64,000 nucleotides of DNA from Pecten maximus. Taxonomy: Eukaryota. The stretch lies in assembly GCF_902652985.1 (NCBI RefSeq), contig NC_047029.1, forward strand, positions 7,192,001-7,256,000. The letters run 5' to 3'. This document shows positions 40,829 through 54,535 of this stretch, one piece after another; within the stretch, counting starts at the first letter, position 1; every line of letters begins with the position of its first letter. The notes under the pieces are model-generated. The model was given only the letters and a program-made list of their open reading frames with translations, was not told where the DNA came from and ran no database searches. Both the position numbers and the translations under genes were made by a program.

Positions 40829-42380
40829 CTGACAATGGCGGTAATGAAGGTATGCTTGTTTTGTTTGGTTAGAGACTTAAGTTGTCCTCGTAACCGCTTC
40901 TCGTGCTAGCGCCCTTGTGAATACGACACAGGGGAGATATTTGGTAACCACCCCTGTGTGATTTCGGATGATCGTGAATATTACTTGGTTCGCTCCCGTC
41001 TCTGGCAGAAATAAACTAATTCAACGCATTCGACCCGAAGCCGTTGAGTCGAGGGCATCATCAGCATCAATAATGGCGTCCCTGTAAATTGGAGAAGTTT
41101 ACTCGCTCCCGTTGGCTCCTATCACGTTACGATGTGTGGAAGGGTATACACAAATGTATATGGGAAAAGACAATATGGTATATCAATATAAACATTCGTG
41201 AATACCCTCGTGTACGGAGCCCATTGACTGACATGCCACATGCTTATTTCATTTCATTATATCGTTTTAACGAAATGATAATTCGTTTCAACGTAATATT
41301 TATCGAAATAATAAAATTAGTTTGATCGAAATAATAATTCGTTTTATCGAAATAATAAATCGTTTTATCGAAATGATAATTCGTTTTATCGTAACGTTAT
41401 TCGTTTTTTTTTCGAAATGTTATTTCGTTTTATCGAGTCGAGGGGGAGGGGTACGGGGGATACTAGGGAGTACGGGGGTGGGGGGGGGGGGGGGGGGGGT
41501 GTACCATAATGAATGAATGGATGGATATACACATTTTACAAAATACAATCTAAATCAGGAAAACATTGTCACTAATATATTCCAGAATGCATCTGTCGCC
41601 GTAACCTTCTTTGTAGATTCTGATATCAATTGTATTATTTCAATCGATCAAAGCTAACAACGACAATTTAAAACAATAAATAAAGTTTTATTTCAGGACA
41701 ACGTGGTTACTGTTTCAGCCAGGGGGGGGGGGGGGGGGGGGGGGGGGTCAGTTTAGTGTAAGTCTAGAGCGTAAGTCTAGCCAGCCGGAGTCCCTGCCCT
41801 GGTTCGATCCCTAAAAAGGGCATTTGGAAGGAGGTGAAGAGTATAGACACTGATTAAGGATATCACCTGTAACGTCCCAATAAACAACCCAAAGGTCGCC
41901 AATGACAGTGGAAAGGGAATAATGACAATCCCTTTTAAAGGATTTCGCTTCTTTTTCATTAGAAAATCGACAGTAAAACTCAGCAAAGGGCGCGATAATT
42001 GTACACGTTAAACACATTTCCCCTCCGTTTAAATACATTTGTAGCTCTCATTAGCTAACCGAACGAATCTCTCCAAGATGATGTTAATGAATATCAAAAA
42101 GGGGAGTCAATGGCAAGTTGTAGTTCAAGACTGCTTGGTATTGTTTGTTCAAGTTATATTACATCAGATAGGGGGGGGGGGGGGGGGGTCGGTAAAAAAA
42201 AAAAGACAATCGGTGTTCAGTGAAATACTACAAATGTCAATAACATATAGACCATATAACAATTTTTCCAGTGTTCTGACCTTCGACGACAGCAATATAT
42301 CATCGAGGCTATAGGAAATCTTATTTTGGACATGTGTATTGGATTATTTTCCCTTAAAATGTGAACATCAAGAGCGAATA

Positions 42381-42650
42381 ACAAGCAAAATATGTATCAC
42401 TAAAACAATACATGACCCCTACCGGTCCGCACTAAAAATAGTAACAATTAATGACCTTGACCTTGACCCAAAATCCCTGAAACGCGAACTTGTCCGAGAT
42501 ATTATGGTCCTTCATCATTGTGTGGAGTTTAATCAAAATCCCTTGAGGAATGAGGCCTCTAGAGTGCTGGCAAACTTTGGTGTTACGTATGTACGTACGT
42601 AACGGAGAGGAAACCTTTAGTTCCCCCCGGTTTCGCCGGTAAGGGACTAA
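42381..42650 (-). mobile_element. Helentron-associated (HINE-like) element, second copy
   Basis: Inverted homology to 35650-36165; GACCTTGACC motif, GTAC microsatellite, TAGTTCCCCCCGG...CCGG.AAGGGACTA end. Confidence 0.65.
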
Positions 42651-44371
42651 TATAACTGGTCTACTTAAATCATCCACTGTTTAATAACTTTACACACTCG
42701 GTAAATATTGTATTTCTGTCAGACACAATATACCGGTGTCACATGGCGTCAGAAATTCTATTACACCTAACACCGTGTGTTTTTATAACAGATATCTGCT
42801 GATCTCGCTTAAAATTCCAGGTGTCCATGTGTGACACGCCAGTCCCATGCTGTCCCCGACGTCAGCACCACTTGTTATACTAGTAATAGGGTACGTGTGT
42901 ATATGTTTATTAAATCCCAAACCTCTTATCGACAAAGAATATACTTAATACACAAAAATCCATTTCAATTGGATTGTTAAACTCCCGTCTTTCCTTATAT
43001 AGCTAATATTCAATACGTATAGAGTTATTACTTGGGTTGTCCGGTACCCTTATATACAATACTCCTACTCCAGAAGTATCCTCTCAGGTAAAACTCTACC
43101 CTAAAATACACTCTTCAAAACAAATATGCCTGCTTGAAAATACGCTCTTGTTCAAAATGCATACTTCTACTCCGGAGTAGCATTCTGGTCAAAAGTACAG
43201 CCCAGCGCCAAAACAAAACAAAACAAAACAAAAACGTACATTCAATTCCAGAAAGGGCGTTTAAGATGTTAAAATAACTTTTGCTCGACCCTTTGTCTAC
43301 TGATACAATGTGTTTAAGTTAAATTCAAAAGTAACGTTAAGCGCAAAACTACTCTCAGGCATAAAAAGTAACCTCCTTCTCGAAATTTCTGTAAACTATC
43401 CTGCAGATTCACAAGTAACCCCGCTATACATTATTTTTGTATTTGGCTTCCTGAAAACAATTTTGGATTGATATTTTGAATGTCAGCGTGATCCTTCGCA
43501 CTCGTCCATCCGGGCCAACATGAATTATTAATTGATATAAATGGAATTTTTAGTTTTACATCAGACATGTTGGTCTGGTCCGGTAATGATGACAACACGA
43601 GTAGCTGTGTGTGCAAGACAATTAGTGCGCTGGATACATAACACTTCTTCAACAAATCGATTTTAAAATGATGTTGTTTTTAAGTACGAGTTGTGTCAAT
43701 GTAGAACCGTGTACTGTATGTACATGTACGTTATTTCTTATAGATTATTGTTGATTATGTTGAACATATTAATATTGTTGTGTTAGTTTCGGGTTTGATT
43801 TTTTTTTTTTCGGGAGTTTTGATGTTGGGAGGGATGACGAATTAACAAATGCCTCTAAAACATGTTAACGTAACTTCACATTTCCTCCCTAACTGATCAA
43901 TAATGTTTAAATTAGAATTTACTTGTACGAATTGTCTCCCGACATAAACAGGAACAGCGACCACCATATGTTATAAACGCATTCGCACAGTTGGAATGAA
44001 GACGGTCACAGCTTTAGAATGTATATATAATAATAAAAGTGAGGAATTTCTTTATTTACACAACATGTGGGCATTGCACAACTCGACCAATAATCAATAC
44101 ACAAACTAGACTGCTGTACCACGTACATATGTTATTCATTCAGTATTTGTCCCTAAAACAATAGACGAACCAGAACAATGTGTACAGTCCGCAGACAGAA
44201 AGGCAAAACACACCGTGACGTAGACGTTTCCTTCCGATTTACTTTCGGATGTAGTTATGTTGGTCTTTTGTAATATTTCGCTGAAAAACGTCCATATAGA
44301 GTGAATTGATTCTTAATTTTCAGACCTTGTCAATGGTTTTACGTCGTAAAATTACAGTGGTCCTGGACTAT

Positions 44372-45332
44372 GTGTCTCCAGACACACACGATACGTGTCT
44401 CCAGACACACACGATACGTGTCTCATTACACACACGATACGTGTCTCCGGACACACACGATACGTGTCTCCAGACACACACGATACGTGTCTCCAGACAC
44501 ACACGATACGTGTCTCATGACACACACGATACGTGTCTCCAGACACACACGATACGTGTCTCCAGACACACACGATACGTGTCTCCGGACACACACGATA
44601 CGTGTCTCCAGACACACACGATACGTGTCTTCAGACACACACACGATACGTGTCTCCAGACACACACGATACGTGTCTCCGGACACACACGATACGTGTC
44701 TCCAGACACACACGATACGTGTCTCCAGACACACACGATACGTGTCTCCGGACACACACGATACGTGTCTCCGGACACACACGATACGTGTCTCCGGACA
44801 CACACGATACGTGTCTCAACACACACACGATACGTGTCTCCGGACACACACGATACGTGTCTCATGACACACACGATACGTGTCTCCAGACACACATGTA
44901 ACGTATCTTCGGACACACACGATACGTGTCTCCAGACACACACGATACGTGTCTTCGGCCACAAACGATACGTGTCTCCAGACACACACGATACGTGTCT
45001 CATGACACACGCTCTACGTGTCTCATGACACACACGATACGTGTCTCCAGACACACACGATACGTGTCTCATGACACACACGATACGTGTCTCCAGACAC
45101 ACACGATACGTGTCTCATGACACACACGATACGTGTCTCCAGACACACACGATACGTGTCTTCGGCCACAAACGATACGTGTCTCCAGACACACACGATA
45201 CGTGTTTCATGACACACACGATACATGTCTCCAGACACACACGATACATGTCTCCAGACACACGTCACACGATACGTGTCTCCAGACAAACACGATACGT
45301 GTCTCCAGACACACACGATACGTGTCTCCAGA
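44372..45332. repeat. 23-bp minisatellite (GACACACACGATACGTGTCTCCA), ~42 copies
   Basis: Tandem periodicity. Confidence 0.95.
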
Positions 45333-47049
45333 TACAAGATCACGTTTTGCTATATAAGATCTTGCAAGTTCCCAAATCATTTTAGCACCTCACACGTCTA
45401 CTCAGACAAAGTAATTTAGATGGTTCCTACTTTCAGAAAGCGACTCTGTATAAAAAATATGTTATTGTAATAAACAATCTCTGAGACGTACGTATAACTA
45501 ATCAACGGCTACAAGTTTGTATTTGCCAATATGAATGCAATTCGCAAAGCATTGTCACACAATACGTTCGTGGTATGATGCGCCTTGCCACGGGTACTAT
45601 GTACAAATTCCCGTCCAATGACAATGACAATTGTTTATTCTCGTAAACAGTACAGTGCAGAGAATATGAGTATTAACAAATGGATAACAATAATGCATGG
45701 TAAAACAGGATGGACATCAGTATTATTGATTAATAACTTGTAATGCTAACAATGAATACGATATGGGTAGCCAAGTTATGTTGAGGTGGTGCTACTGTGT
45801 CAATGAAGTCGTTGGGGGTTCTTGATTTGTCGCATCGCTTGGACTTAATTTAAACATATTTTATTTGAAAATTAGAAGGAATTGAACACAAGTTGTGTAA
45901 CTTATAAACGTCGTTTTCCGCAAACATGTATACAATGGTGTTTACAAATGGCAGCATTTGAGATATAAAGGAAAATAACATTAATATATAAGGTGACAAT
46001 ATACAATTCCGTTTGCTATGAGTTGATGATGAGACGTGAACCTCTAAAACAATCTTATTCCCCGGAAAAAGTAGGCACACATGACGTCAATATATTTTTT
46101 CATTCCGTTAGTGTAGTTAAAACAAAGTATTTACTGTTTATTATGATTTATTATTTAGTAGTAGGTGTAACGTTACTATAGAACCCACCATACATCACCG
46201 GTATCAGACCAGCTATCTCCCTTTCACAGTTTGGCACATTTACAACACTGCGCTGTTATATAAACCAATAAACACTATATATGGTGTCACTAATTGTATA
46301 TGTGTACCTTCAAACACAAAAGTAAACGCCATGTCACGTCATCGATCTTGTGGGACCCCGGGGGTCGGACAGGCCACGCCCAGGGGATCAGTGATTAAGT
46401 CGTCATTCTCCGACATTGACAAGTCGGTGGAAACCGTCCGATACGCCCCCTGGTGGTAAAACAGAATACAAGTACATTGCTATAACGACAATTGTTTTTA
46501 TATAGATCATTTTTCTTACTTTTGTTGTCTTCACGAATGAAAAGGATGAACTTGACCGCTGGCCTGAGGCTGACCGTCAGGGAAATTCTTCAAAAGAAGA
46601 TATTGATGTGTCACCGATTTGACCGATAGGTTCCCGATCGTTTGGTTCCCGGTGCTAATTATAGCGGGTAATTAATTATGAAGAAGCAATAATGTGTATT
46701 TAATTAAATTAACGTCGTTTGATCATCAGAATACGTATATATGAGAGCACTAGATGTTAATTACAGCTTCATTTCATCTTCCTGAACGTTCTCGTGTACT
46801 AAGAGTTATACATGGTTTTGGACATGTGTAAATTGTAAAAGCGCCAGATGGTTACCAAGTGCAAAGCTATTTTTTTTTAAATTTCAACTTCGTTTAAGTT
46901 TGTGTCTTGAACTCAGATCTAAAGATCAGTGTGCATACAGACCACTTAGAATTGTGTGGGTTATTTTTCATTTAAGAATATTTTACTGCAAAGATCTTAA
47001 AAACAACATATGAAATTAAAAATTAAAAAAATATTAAGTCCTCTCCTTA

Positions 47050-47796
47050 AGACCTGCACTGAAGGTCAGCACAGCCACAATTCAGTCCATCAGTCAGACC
47101 CAAACTGGAGGTCAAACAGGCAAATATCAGTCCATTAGTCAGGCATGAACTTAAGGTCAACACAGTCAAATATCAGTCCGCTATCATACCTGAACTGGAG
47201 GTCAGAACAGTCAATTATCAGTTCATTAGTCAGACCTGAACTTGAGGTCAACAAAGTCAAATATCAGTCCATTAGTCAGACCTAAAATTCAAGTGAACAC
47301 AGTCAAATATCAGTTCATTAGTCAGACCTGAACTGGAGGTCAACACAATCAAATATCAGTTCATTAGTCAGACCTGAACTGGAGGTCAACACAATCAAAT
47401 ATCAGTTCATTAGTCAGACCTTAACTGGAGGTCAACACAGTCAAATATCAGTTCATTAGTCAGACCTGAACTGGAGGTCAACAAAGTCAAATATCAGTCC
47501 ATTAGTCAGACCTTAATTGGAGGTCAGCAGTCAAATATCAGTCCGTTAGCAGAGATGAACTTGAGGCCAACACAGTCAAATATCAGTTCATTAACCAGAC
47601 CTTAATTGAAAGTCAATAAAGTCAAATGTCACTCCGTTATTAGACCTGAACTTAGGGCCACCACACTCAAATATCAGTCTATTAGTCAGACCTGAATTAG
47701 CGGTCAACACAGTCAAATATCATTCCGCTGTCAGCCCTGAACTTGAGGTCAACACATTCAAATATCAGTCCGCTATCAGACCTGAACTTGAGGCCA
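47050..47796. repeat. Diverged 46-bp minisatellite (AGTCAGACCTGAACTGGAGGTCAACACAGTCAAATATCAGTTCATT), ~16 copies
   Basis: Tandem periodicity; homogeneous in the centre, diverged at the edges. Confidence 0.9.
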
Positions 47797-48807
47797 CCTT
47801 AGTAAGATACCAATGTCCTGTACGATCACATAGATTTATTGTACTCCGGTTCCCTTCCCAAAATAAGACCCCTCGCGCATTTCATCCGGGCAAACAAGAG
47901 TGATTCATAATTAGTTGATTTAACTTTAATTGTTGTAAAATAAATAAAACTCATCGGATACAATTTGAAACATATTGGGTCGAATGTTTTTTTTAGTATA
48001 TACGGTATATTATTTAAAGTTAACTCGTTTTCCAACCAATTTCACCCAGACACCGAGGACCTTGGGATTTGATGAGTAGGCGTGACCGTCTAATTGGATG
48101 CCTATACGTTATTATTTTATAATTGTATGTGATGTCACGTTAATCATTCACTTTCAAATTGGACAGATGATCCGCACGCGCGACCTTGCATTATTAGTGG
48201 GTATATAATGGCAAGATAGGATGATTAAATGGTTCTATCTTCACCCAAGAAGACTATGACTGATTGGGGTACCGCGTGATATGAACATTTGTCTCATGAC
48301 ATATTAATACAACACTAAAGAGTATTTATGATTGAATTCGGGTCGTCGGGGGGCACATACATGTACATTGTATACAGATTGCGACAGCTACTTAAACCCC
48401 CAAAACAATGTGATAACGATAAAGTATTTCAAATACAATCCTGTCAGAACACTACAGTTTCACTGTTCGTCCCTTTCTCAGAAACATGGATCATTAACTA
48501 TAATTAACTTTTTTCACGTGCTTTGACCTCAGGGACGCATGGTACATTGTTCCTGATGACCTCTAATTTGACCTATGGGTTATATGTATATCTCCGCACA
48601 CGTTCGTGTCGGTAAATGAACCTAATCGTACTATAAGTTGCCAACGTAATGATTTCACCTCCATTGTATAGAAGGACATTGCCAGGGTGTACGGTGTAAA
48701 AATAAGCTGTGAGCGATGTGTCTAAATTACATGTGTTACGAGACTGATGACAACAGGGGATCATCGACAGTAGGGATTCAGACGCCGACCCCGTGGGAAT
48801 ATTTTAC

Positions 48808-48833
48808 CTTGGGGGAGTGGTGTGCTCAGAGCT
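48808..48833 (-). other. Candidate 26-nt exon (likely 5'UTR)
   Basis: cgcttcacag|AGCT...CCAAG|gtaaaa. Confidence 0.3.
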
Positions 48834-49971
48834 CTGTGAAGCGTTGTAGACGTTTATTTACGATAAATTTTAAAGTTACCCGTACTTAAAGTTGTGATGT
48901 CTTCTTAGCGGAGCCACTTAGATCTTTATTAAAACGAGAAGTACACATTCGCATAAATAATGTTTTAACCTTGGGCACTTTAAGTCTGGTTAGATTTTCA
49001 CAAGTTCACACTACCTGATATATATGTCTTACAATACCTGAGGCTGTTTATCTCTCAGTGTGTGCATTTTACCTATTGTGAATGAAGTCAATGGGATTTT
49101 TTTTAGAAAGTTTAACTTTGTATAATCTCGGCAGAGATATAAAGAGGAATGCTAACCGCTTATGCCCGCTTATCTTATATGAGCGGTGCGGTCTAACTAC
49201 ACGCGTAGGGGTACGATTTGACATCATAATTACGAAATAACCCTTTGGTATTCGAAGATGTTGCGATGCCAATTAAAATTCAATTCTATTCAATATTTAT
49301 CAGCACTATTATAATTATGAATGTAATTTTATGACTTATCAAGAACACGGAAATAAGAAGATAATGTACACTTAATACTTAATCAAAACGGACACAGGCC
49401 TGGCTTCCTCAGTTTTAATGACCGGTCTGAAGTAGGATCTTTGTATTTGACAAAAAAATCTGTGTGATCACAGTTTGGTTAAAGATTTCCGCAGCCTGAA
49501 GATAGAACTTCGTTTGTATCTAAACGAGTATTGGTTAATTGGGTAGCGGGAAAAGAAATGCAATTCATCAAGTGAATTGCAGATTGAACACAGTCTTTGC
49601 ATTCCTTGAATATTTATCAAAATTGTTGACTGGAGAAAGCCAACCAAAACACATCACATTGCCAACATGTACAAATCAAGAGATGTCCTAGAACGAATAT
49701 CCATACCCTGTCTGACGACCATCTGTCAGAAATTGTCCGTCCGTCGTCCAGAGCTACGTCATCGCAGCTAGAGATGTCGGTCCGTACACCGTCAACAATG
49801 CGTCATAGATCCCTGTATATTCCTAACAGATTGCTTGTTCACAACTTCTCCTTGTTTGCTTTAAAAACAAACCAGAACCATTACTCTGGTATTAATTTTT
49901 TTTCTTTATTTAGAGCGTCTTGGCCTTATGCAGGGACGTTAACCCCAGACAAGAGAACATTATCCACTTAC

Positions 49972-50001
49972 CAAGGACTACGATCCAGTATTTTCCTCTT
50001 T
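49972..50001 (-). other. Candidate 30-nt exon
   Basis: acttttcag|AAAG...CCTTG|gtaagt, near-consensus sites. Confidence 0.4.
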
Positions 50002-51374
50002 CTGAAAAGTACCATGGTATTGAACACCTTGGCAAGCGAAGGTGCAGAGAGAATAAGCAATCCCAACTTCCATAGGGATTTCGCCACAAAATCCTCGCCT
50101 CATCGGGTTTGTGTAGGAATATTATATTTGTCAATGGTTGTAACTCCTCAGAAGAGCAAATCGGACAAAATTTGTATATTTAAACTCTTAACGAGTTCAC
50201 TAAAAGCCACGTCACTACAAATAAAGTACAGATTTATTATTTACAAGAAAAAAATTAAATGTATTTACCATGTCCCAAATAATAAAAAAAAATGCTGATA
50301 TTGCAATTTTTTCACATTTAATTAGATGGAGATTTTCAGTGATTACCTATGAGTGACGTGTATGTATTAAATTATAGAGGTGTTTATGCCGTGTTATACA
50401 CGAATTTGTTTTCTCATGTAAATATATGTCACGTTCAGTGTGTCATGTTGGGTATATAAATGGTCAGTAAGGAGTTTCGGTAACACTTTATGTAAAAAAC
50501 AAGGAAAAACATTTATCTTTTTTTTCTTGACATTTAATGTCACCTTCCGTATCCTCAGTAAAACGATGACGTCATCACATCGTTCCCGATCCATTAAAGA
50601 AAAAAAGTATATAAAGGAGGGAGAAGAGGAATGGGGACGTTAATTTATTTATATAATTGTTATTTGATTTATTTTATTTATTTATTTATTTCAAATGGAA
50701 GAAACTTTACGTCTTATTAATACAAGGTCCCTTAAAGTCTGTCCACAAATGATGAGACTTAAAATTAAAGTGTTATCACACTGAAATGTACACGTGGGTG
50801 TACGGTAGCGTGACACCCGGTCCATATGTATTTGTAGCTATAAATAGAATAACGATAATAAGATATACCTAGTATACTAACCTCAATACCACACCTATAA
50901 TGTCTAACGAGATACAAACACATCACATCATCCTGGTAACCTTGAGATCCGAGCCTGCAAAGCGTACTGTGTATTACTGATGTCATCGACAGTCATAATG
51001 ATGTGTGGTTAATTAAATTGTTAGTGAATGTTTAATAAATTCTTGAACAAATAAAAATTGAGAACAGTTTTCATTTTCGGATAATACATCAAGACCCATA
51101 AAATAACAATCGAAAAATTTCTCAATTATATTTAGATCATGTTCTTGTTTAATTTTCTTCTAAGGATATTTATGGATTCAAAAGATACAGGGGTATTCTG
51201 TAGCAGGATTAAATTGATACATTTAAGGTCAGGGCTAAAGGAACTGCTGTAATACCCAAGTCGTGTACGCATGGTGTTTAATTTCCCATTATCAGAAGAG
51301 CAACGTTTGAGAGCGCGTTTTCCTTTTATAAGAAAATTTACTTTTACACGTTGAAAATTACTGTATGTTTTGGC

Positions 51375-51665
51375 AATGTAGCGGAAATTGACTTGACTTG
51401 GTTAGAGCGTCCGCCTAGAATTCGGTAGTCACGAGTTCGAGTCCAACTAAATATCCACGAAAAGTGACATACGGTCGCCGCGGATGTGTAGGAGGGTGAA
51501 ATACAGCGTACCTGGACGGGTGGAGCGATCCAGGCTTCCTCTCCAAGACGAACGCTCAATTAAAGGCCAGAATTGAGACAGTATCACAACCTTCAAATCC
51601 AAGGCGAACGCTCAACTAAAGGCCAGAATTGAGACAGTATCACAACCTTCAAATCCAAGGAGAAC
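51375..51665. mobile_element. Degenerate tRNA-like SINE head followed by a short direct duplication
   Basis: TGGTTAGAGCGTCCGCC...GAGTTCGAGTCC; GAACGCTCAA.TAAAGGCCAGAATTGAGACAG...CCAAGG twice. Confidence 0.45.
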
Positions 51666-51765
51666 GATCATCATCATCATCATCATCATCATCATGCATC
51701 GTGTCTGACTTACAATATCCGCGTGTTACAAATACAGGTAACGATTACACCTGTATACGGGACTA

Positions 51766-53355
51766 ACCCAACAGTACACCATCCTTACTCTGAACCAACA
51801 ACACACCATCCCTACTCTGAACCAACAACACACCATCCCTACTCTGAACCAACAATACACCATCCCTACTCTGAACCAACAGTACACCATCCCTTCTCTG
51901 AACCAACAATACACCATCCCTACTCTGAACCAACAATACACCATCCCTACTCTGAACCAACAATACACCATCCCTACTCTGAACCAACAGTACGCAATCC
52001 CTACTCTGAACCAACAGTACACCATCCCTACTCTGAACCAACAGTACACCATCCCTACTCTGAACCAACAACACACCATCCCTACTCTGAACCAACAATA
52101 CACCATCCCTACTCTGAACCAACAGTACACCATCCCTACTCTGAACCAACAGTACACCATCCCTTCTCTGAACCAACAGTACACCATCCCTACTCTGAAC
52201 CAACAGTACACCATCCCTACTCTGAAACAACAATATACCATCCTTACTGCAGAACAACAATACACCATCCCTGCTCTGAACCAACAGTACACCATCCCTA
52301 CTCTGAACCAACAGTACACCATCCCTACTCTGAAACAACAATATACCATCCTTACTGCAGAACAACAATACACCATCCCTGCTCTGAACCAACAGTACAC
52401 CATCCCTACTCTGAACCAACAGTACACAATCCCTACTCTGAAACAACAGTACACCATCCCTCCTCTGAACCAACAGTACACCATCCCTACTCTGAACCAA
52501 CAGTACACAATCCCTACTCTGAACCAACAGTACACCATCCCTACTCTGAACCAACAGTACACCATCCCTACTCTGAACCAACAGTACACCATCCCTACTC
52601 TGAACCAACAATACACCATCCTTACTCTGAACCAACAGTACACAATCCCTACTCTGAAACAACAGTACACCATCCCTACTCTGAACCAACAGTACACAAT
52701 CCCTACTCTGAACCAACAGTACACCATCCCTACTCTGAACCAACAATACACCATCCCTACTCTGAACCAACAACACCATCCTTACTCCAGAACAACAATA
52801 CACCATCCCTACTCTGAACCAATAATACACCGTCCCTACTCCAGAACAACAACACACCATCCCTACTCTGAACCAACAACACACCATCCCTACTCTGAAC
52901 CAACAACACCATCCTTACTCCAGAACAACAATACACCATCCCTACTCTGAACCAACAATACACCGTCCCTACTCCAGAACAACAACACACCATCCCTACT
53001 CTGAATCAACAACACACCATCCCTACTCTGAACCAACAACACCATCCTTACTCCAGAACAACAATACACCATCCCTACTCTGAACCAATAATACACCGTC
53101 CCTACTCCAGAACAACAACAACCCATCCCTACTCTGAACCAACAACACACCATCCCTACTCTGAACCAACAATACACCGTCCCTACTCCAGAACAACAAC
53201 ACACCATCCCTACTCTGAATCAACAGTACACCATCCCTACTCTCAACCAACAATACACCATCCCTACTCTGAACCAACAGTTCACCATCCCTACTCTGAA
53301 CCAACAGTACACCATCCCTACTCTGAAACAACAATATACCATCCTTACTCTGAAT
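51766..53355. repeat. 27-bp minisatellite (ACCATCCCTACTCTGAACCAACAGTAC), ~59 copies
   Basis: Tandem periodicity; source of the HHPYSEPTV ORF. Confidence 0.95.
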
Positions 53356-54299
53356 CACTTCTCATGCTAATAAACAAGACCGGTTATATGTTACTTATAT
53401 ACCGCCGTTGTTATATGACATTACCTGCGATAACGTCCAGGTGTGTACAGGTGTGTGATGATTACACTGCTTCCGATACCTGTACACTTATCAATATACC
53501 ACAGGTGTGTCATGGCTTTACATGCTTCAGTAAATAACTGATGCTGAGATTTAATTATAAGTACGTACATACAAATGTACTAGTAATACGTAATCTAGGG
53601 AATGTGTGTTGGGGCGTGACGAATGTCAACAGATGTTAACTGGAGCTGGAAGTGCATGAAGACTATATTTGTTTACTTTGCTATTATCAGTAAAAATTCA
53701 TAATTTCAAAAATAAGCTTAAAATGTTATTAACGAACATGCTCAAACTCCCCACTGGGGAATATCTACCTTTAGCTTGGTAATATTTTTTTAAAGTTCGA
53801 TCTTCTTAGATAATTGACGATATCATAAAAGTACTAGCTAAATGTTCGCATCACGGGCTTGCATATCTAATATATATATACATGTATATGTCCGTTGTAT
53901 GCAAATTATAAATATATGAGTGCTCTATATATCCTTTTCAATGAATATTTATGTACTGATGAATGTTTATAACATATATAAAACAATTATTTCAATTATC
54001 TAGATAAGCATATGTCCAGTTATGTAATTAATTCCTATTTCACATCGGAGTTCATGAAATTCAGTGTATATCACAGCTGTCCTGGTTGGTATGCCCCAGC
54101 AGAGACCTATCTGGCCCCAGTAACAAACACAGCATTAGTCAGAATATTGATCATTGTCAACAATAGTCCTAACAGCCTGAATCAAAATTCACAGTAGGCT
54201 GTACAACATTCACCGGTAAATGTTCACAGTCTTTCTCTAAACAAAGACCTGCTCTGACCATTCTTTGTGACAGAAATCGCATTTTCGTCCAAATAATCG

Positions 54300-54420
54300 A
54301 GAATTGGCTGCGGGCACCTGGCCAACTGTCGACGCACCCTATCACAAGCCCCCAGCTAGGCTGTCTATTTGTAGCGGAGTGACGTCACATACTTCTCACA
54401 ACCTCTTTCCCAGTCGGAAT
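54300..54420 (+). promoter_or_regulatory. Probable Pol II promoter with a CCAAT box and a palindromic CRE
   Basis: ATTGG near 54304, TGACGTCA at 54380-54387, Inr-like CCAGTC near 54410, locally CpG-richer, ~100 bp before a good ATG exon. Confidence 0.55.
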
Positions 54421-54480
54421 ACAACCGCACGTTTTCTGCCGGTGTTTGAATTCTATTTGGAATAAGTCCGAACAACAAAC

Positions 54481-54535
54481 ATGGAATTACTAAAATGTTG
54501 TGCACTATGTGTAATTATGGCATTACCCCAATTAG
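54481..54535 (+). CDS. First coding exon of a secreted or membrane protein (signal peptide MELLKCCALCVIMALPQL)
   Basis: Kozak-like ACAAAC-ATG-G, basic residue plus hydrophobic core, perfect donor AG|GTAAGT in phase 1; downstream exons not identified in the window. Confidence 0.65.

Noticed and set aside
41440-42190. Long G homopolymers (G-quadruplex potential)
   Set aside because: Simple poly-G runs are common in such genomes and error-prone in assembly; no supporting context
51723-52887. 364-aa His/Pro-rich mucin- or adhesive-like ORF (HHPYSEPTV)
   Set aside because: Non-ATG start, no signal peptide, frame broken by 25-bp units, three frames open on both strands; satellite artefact
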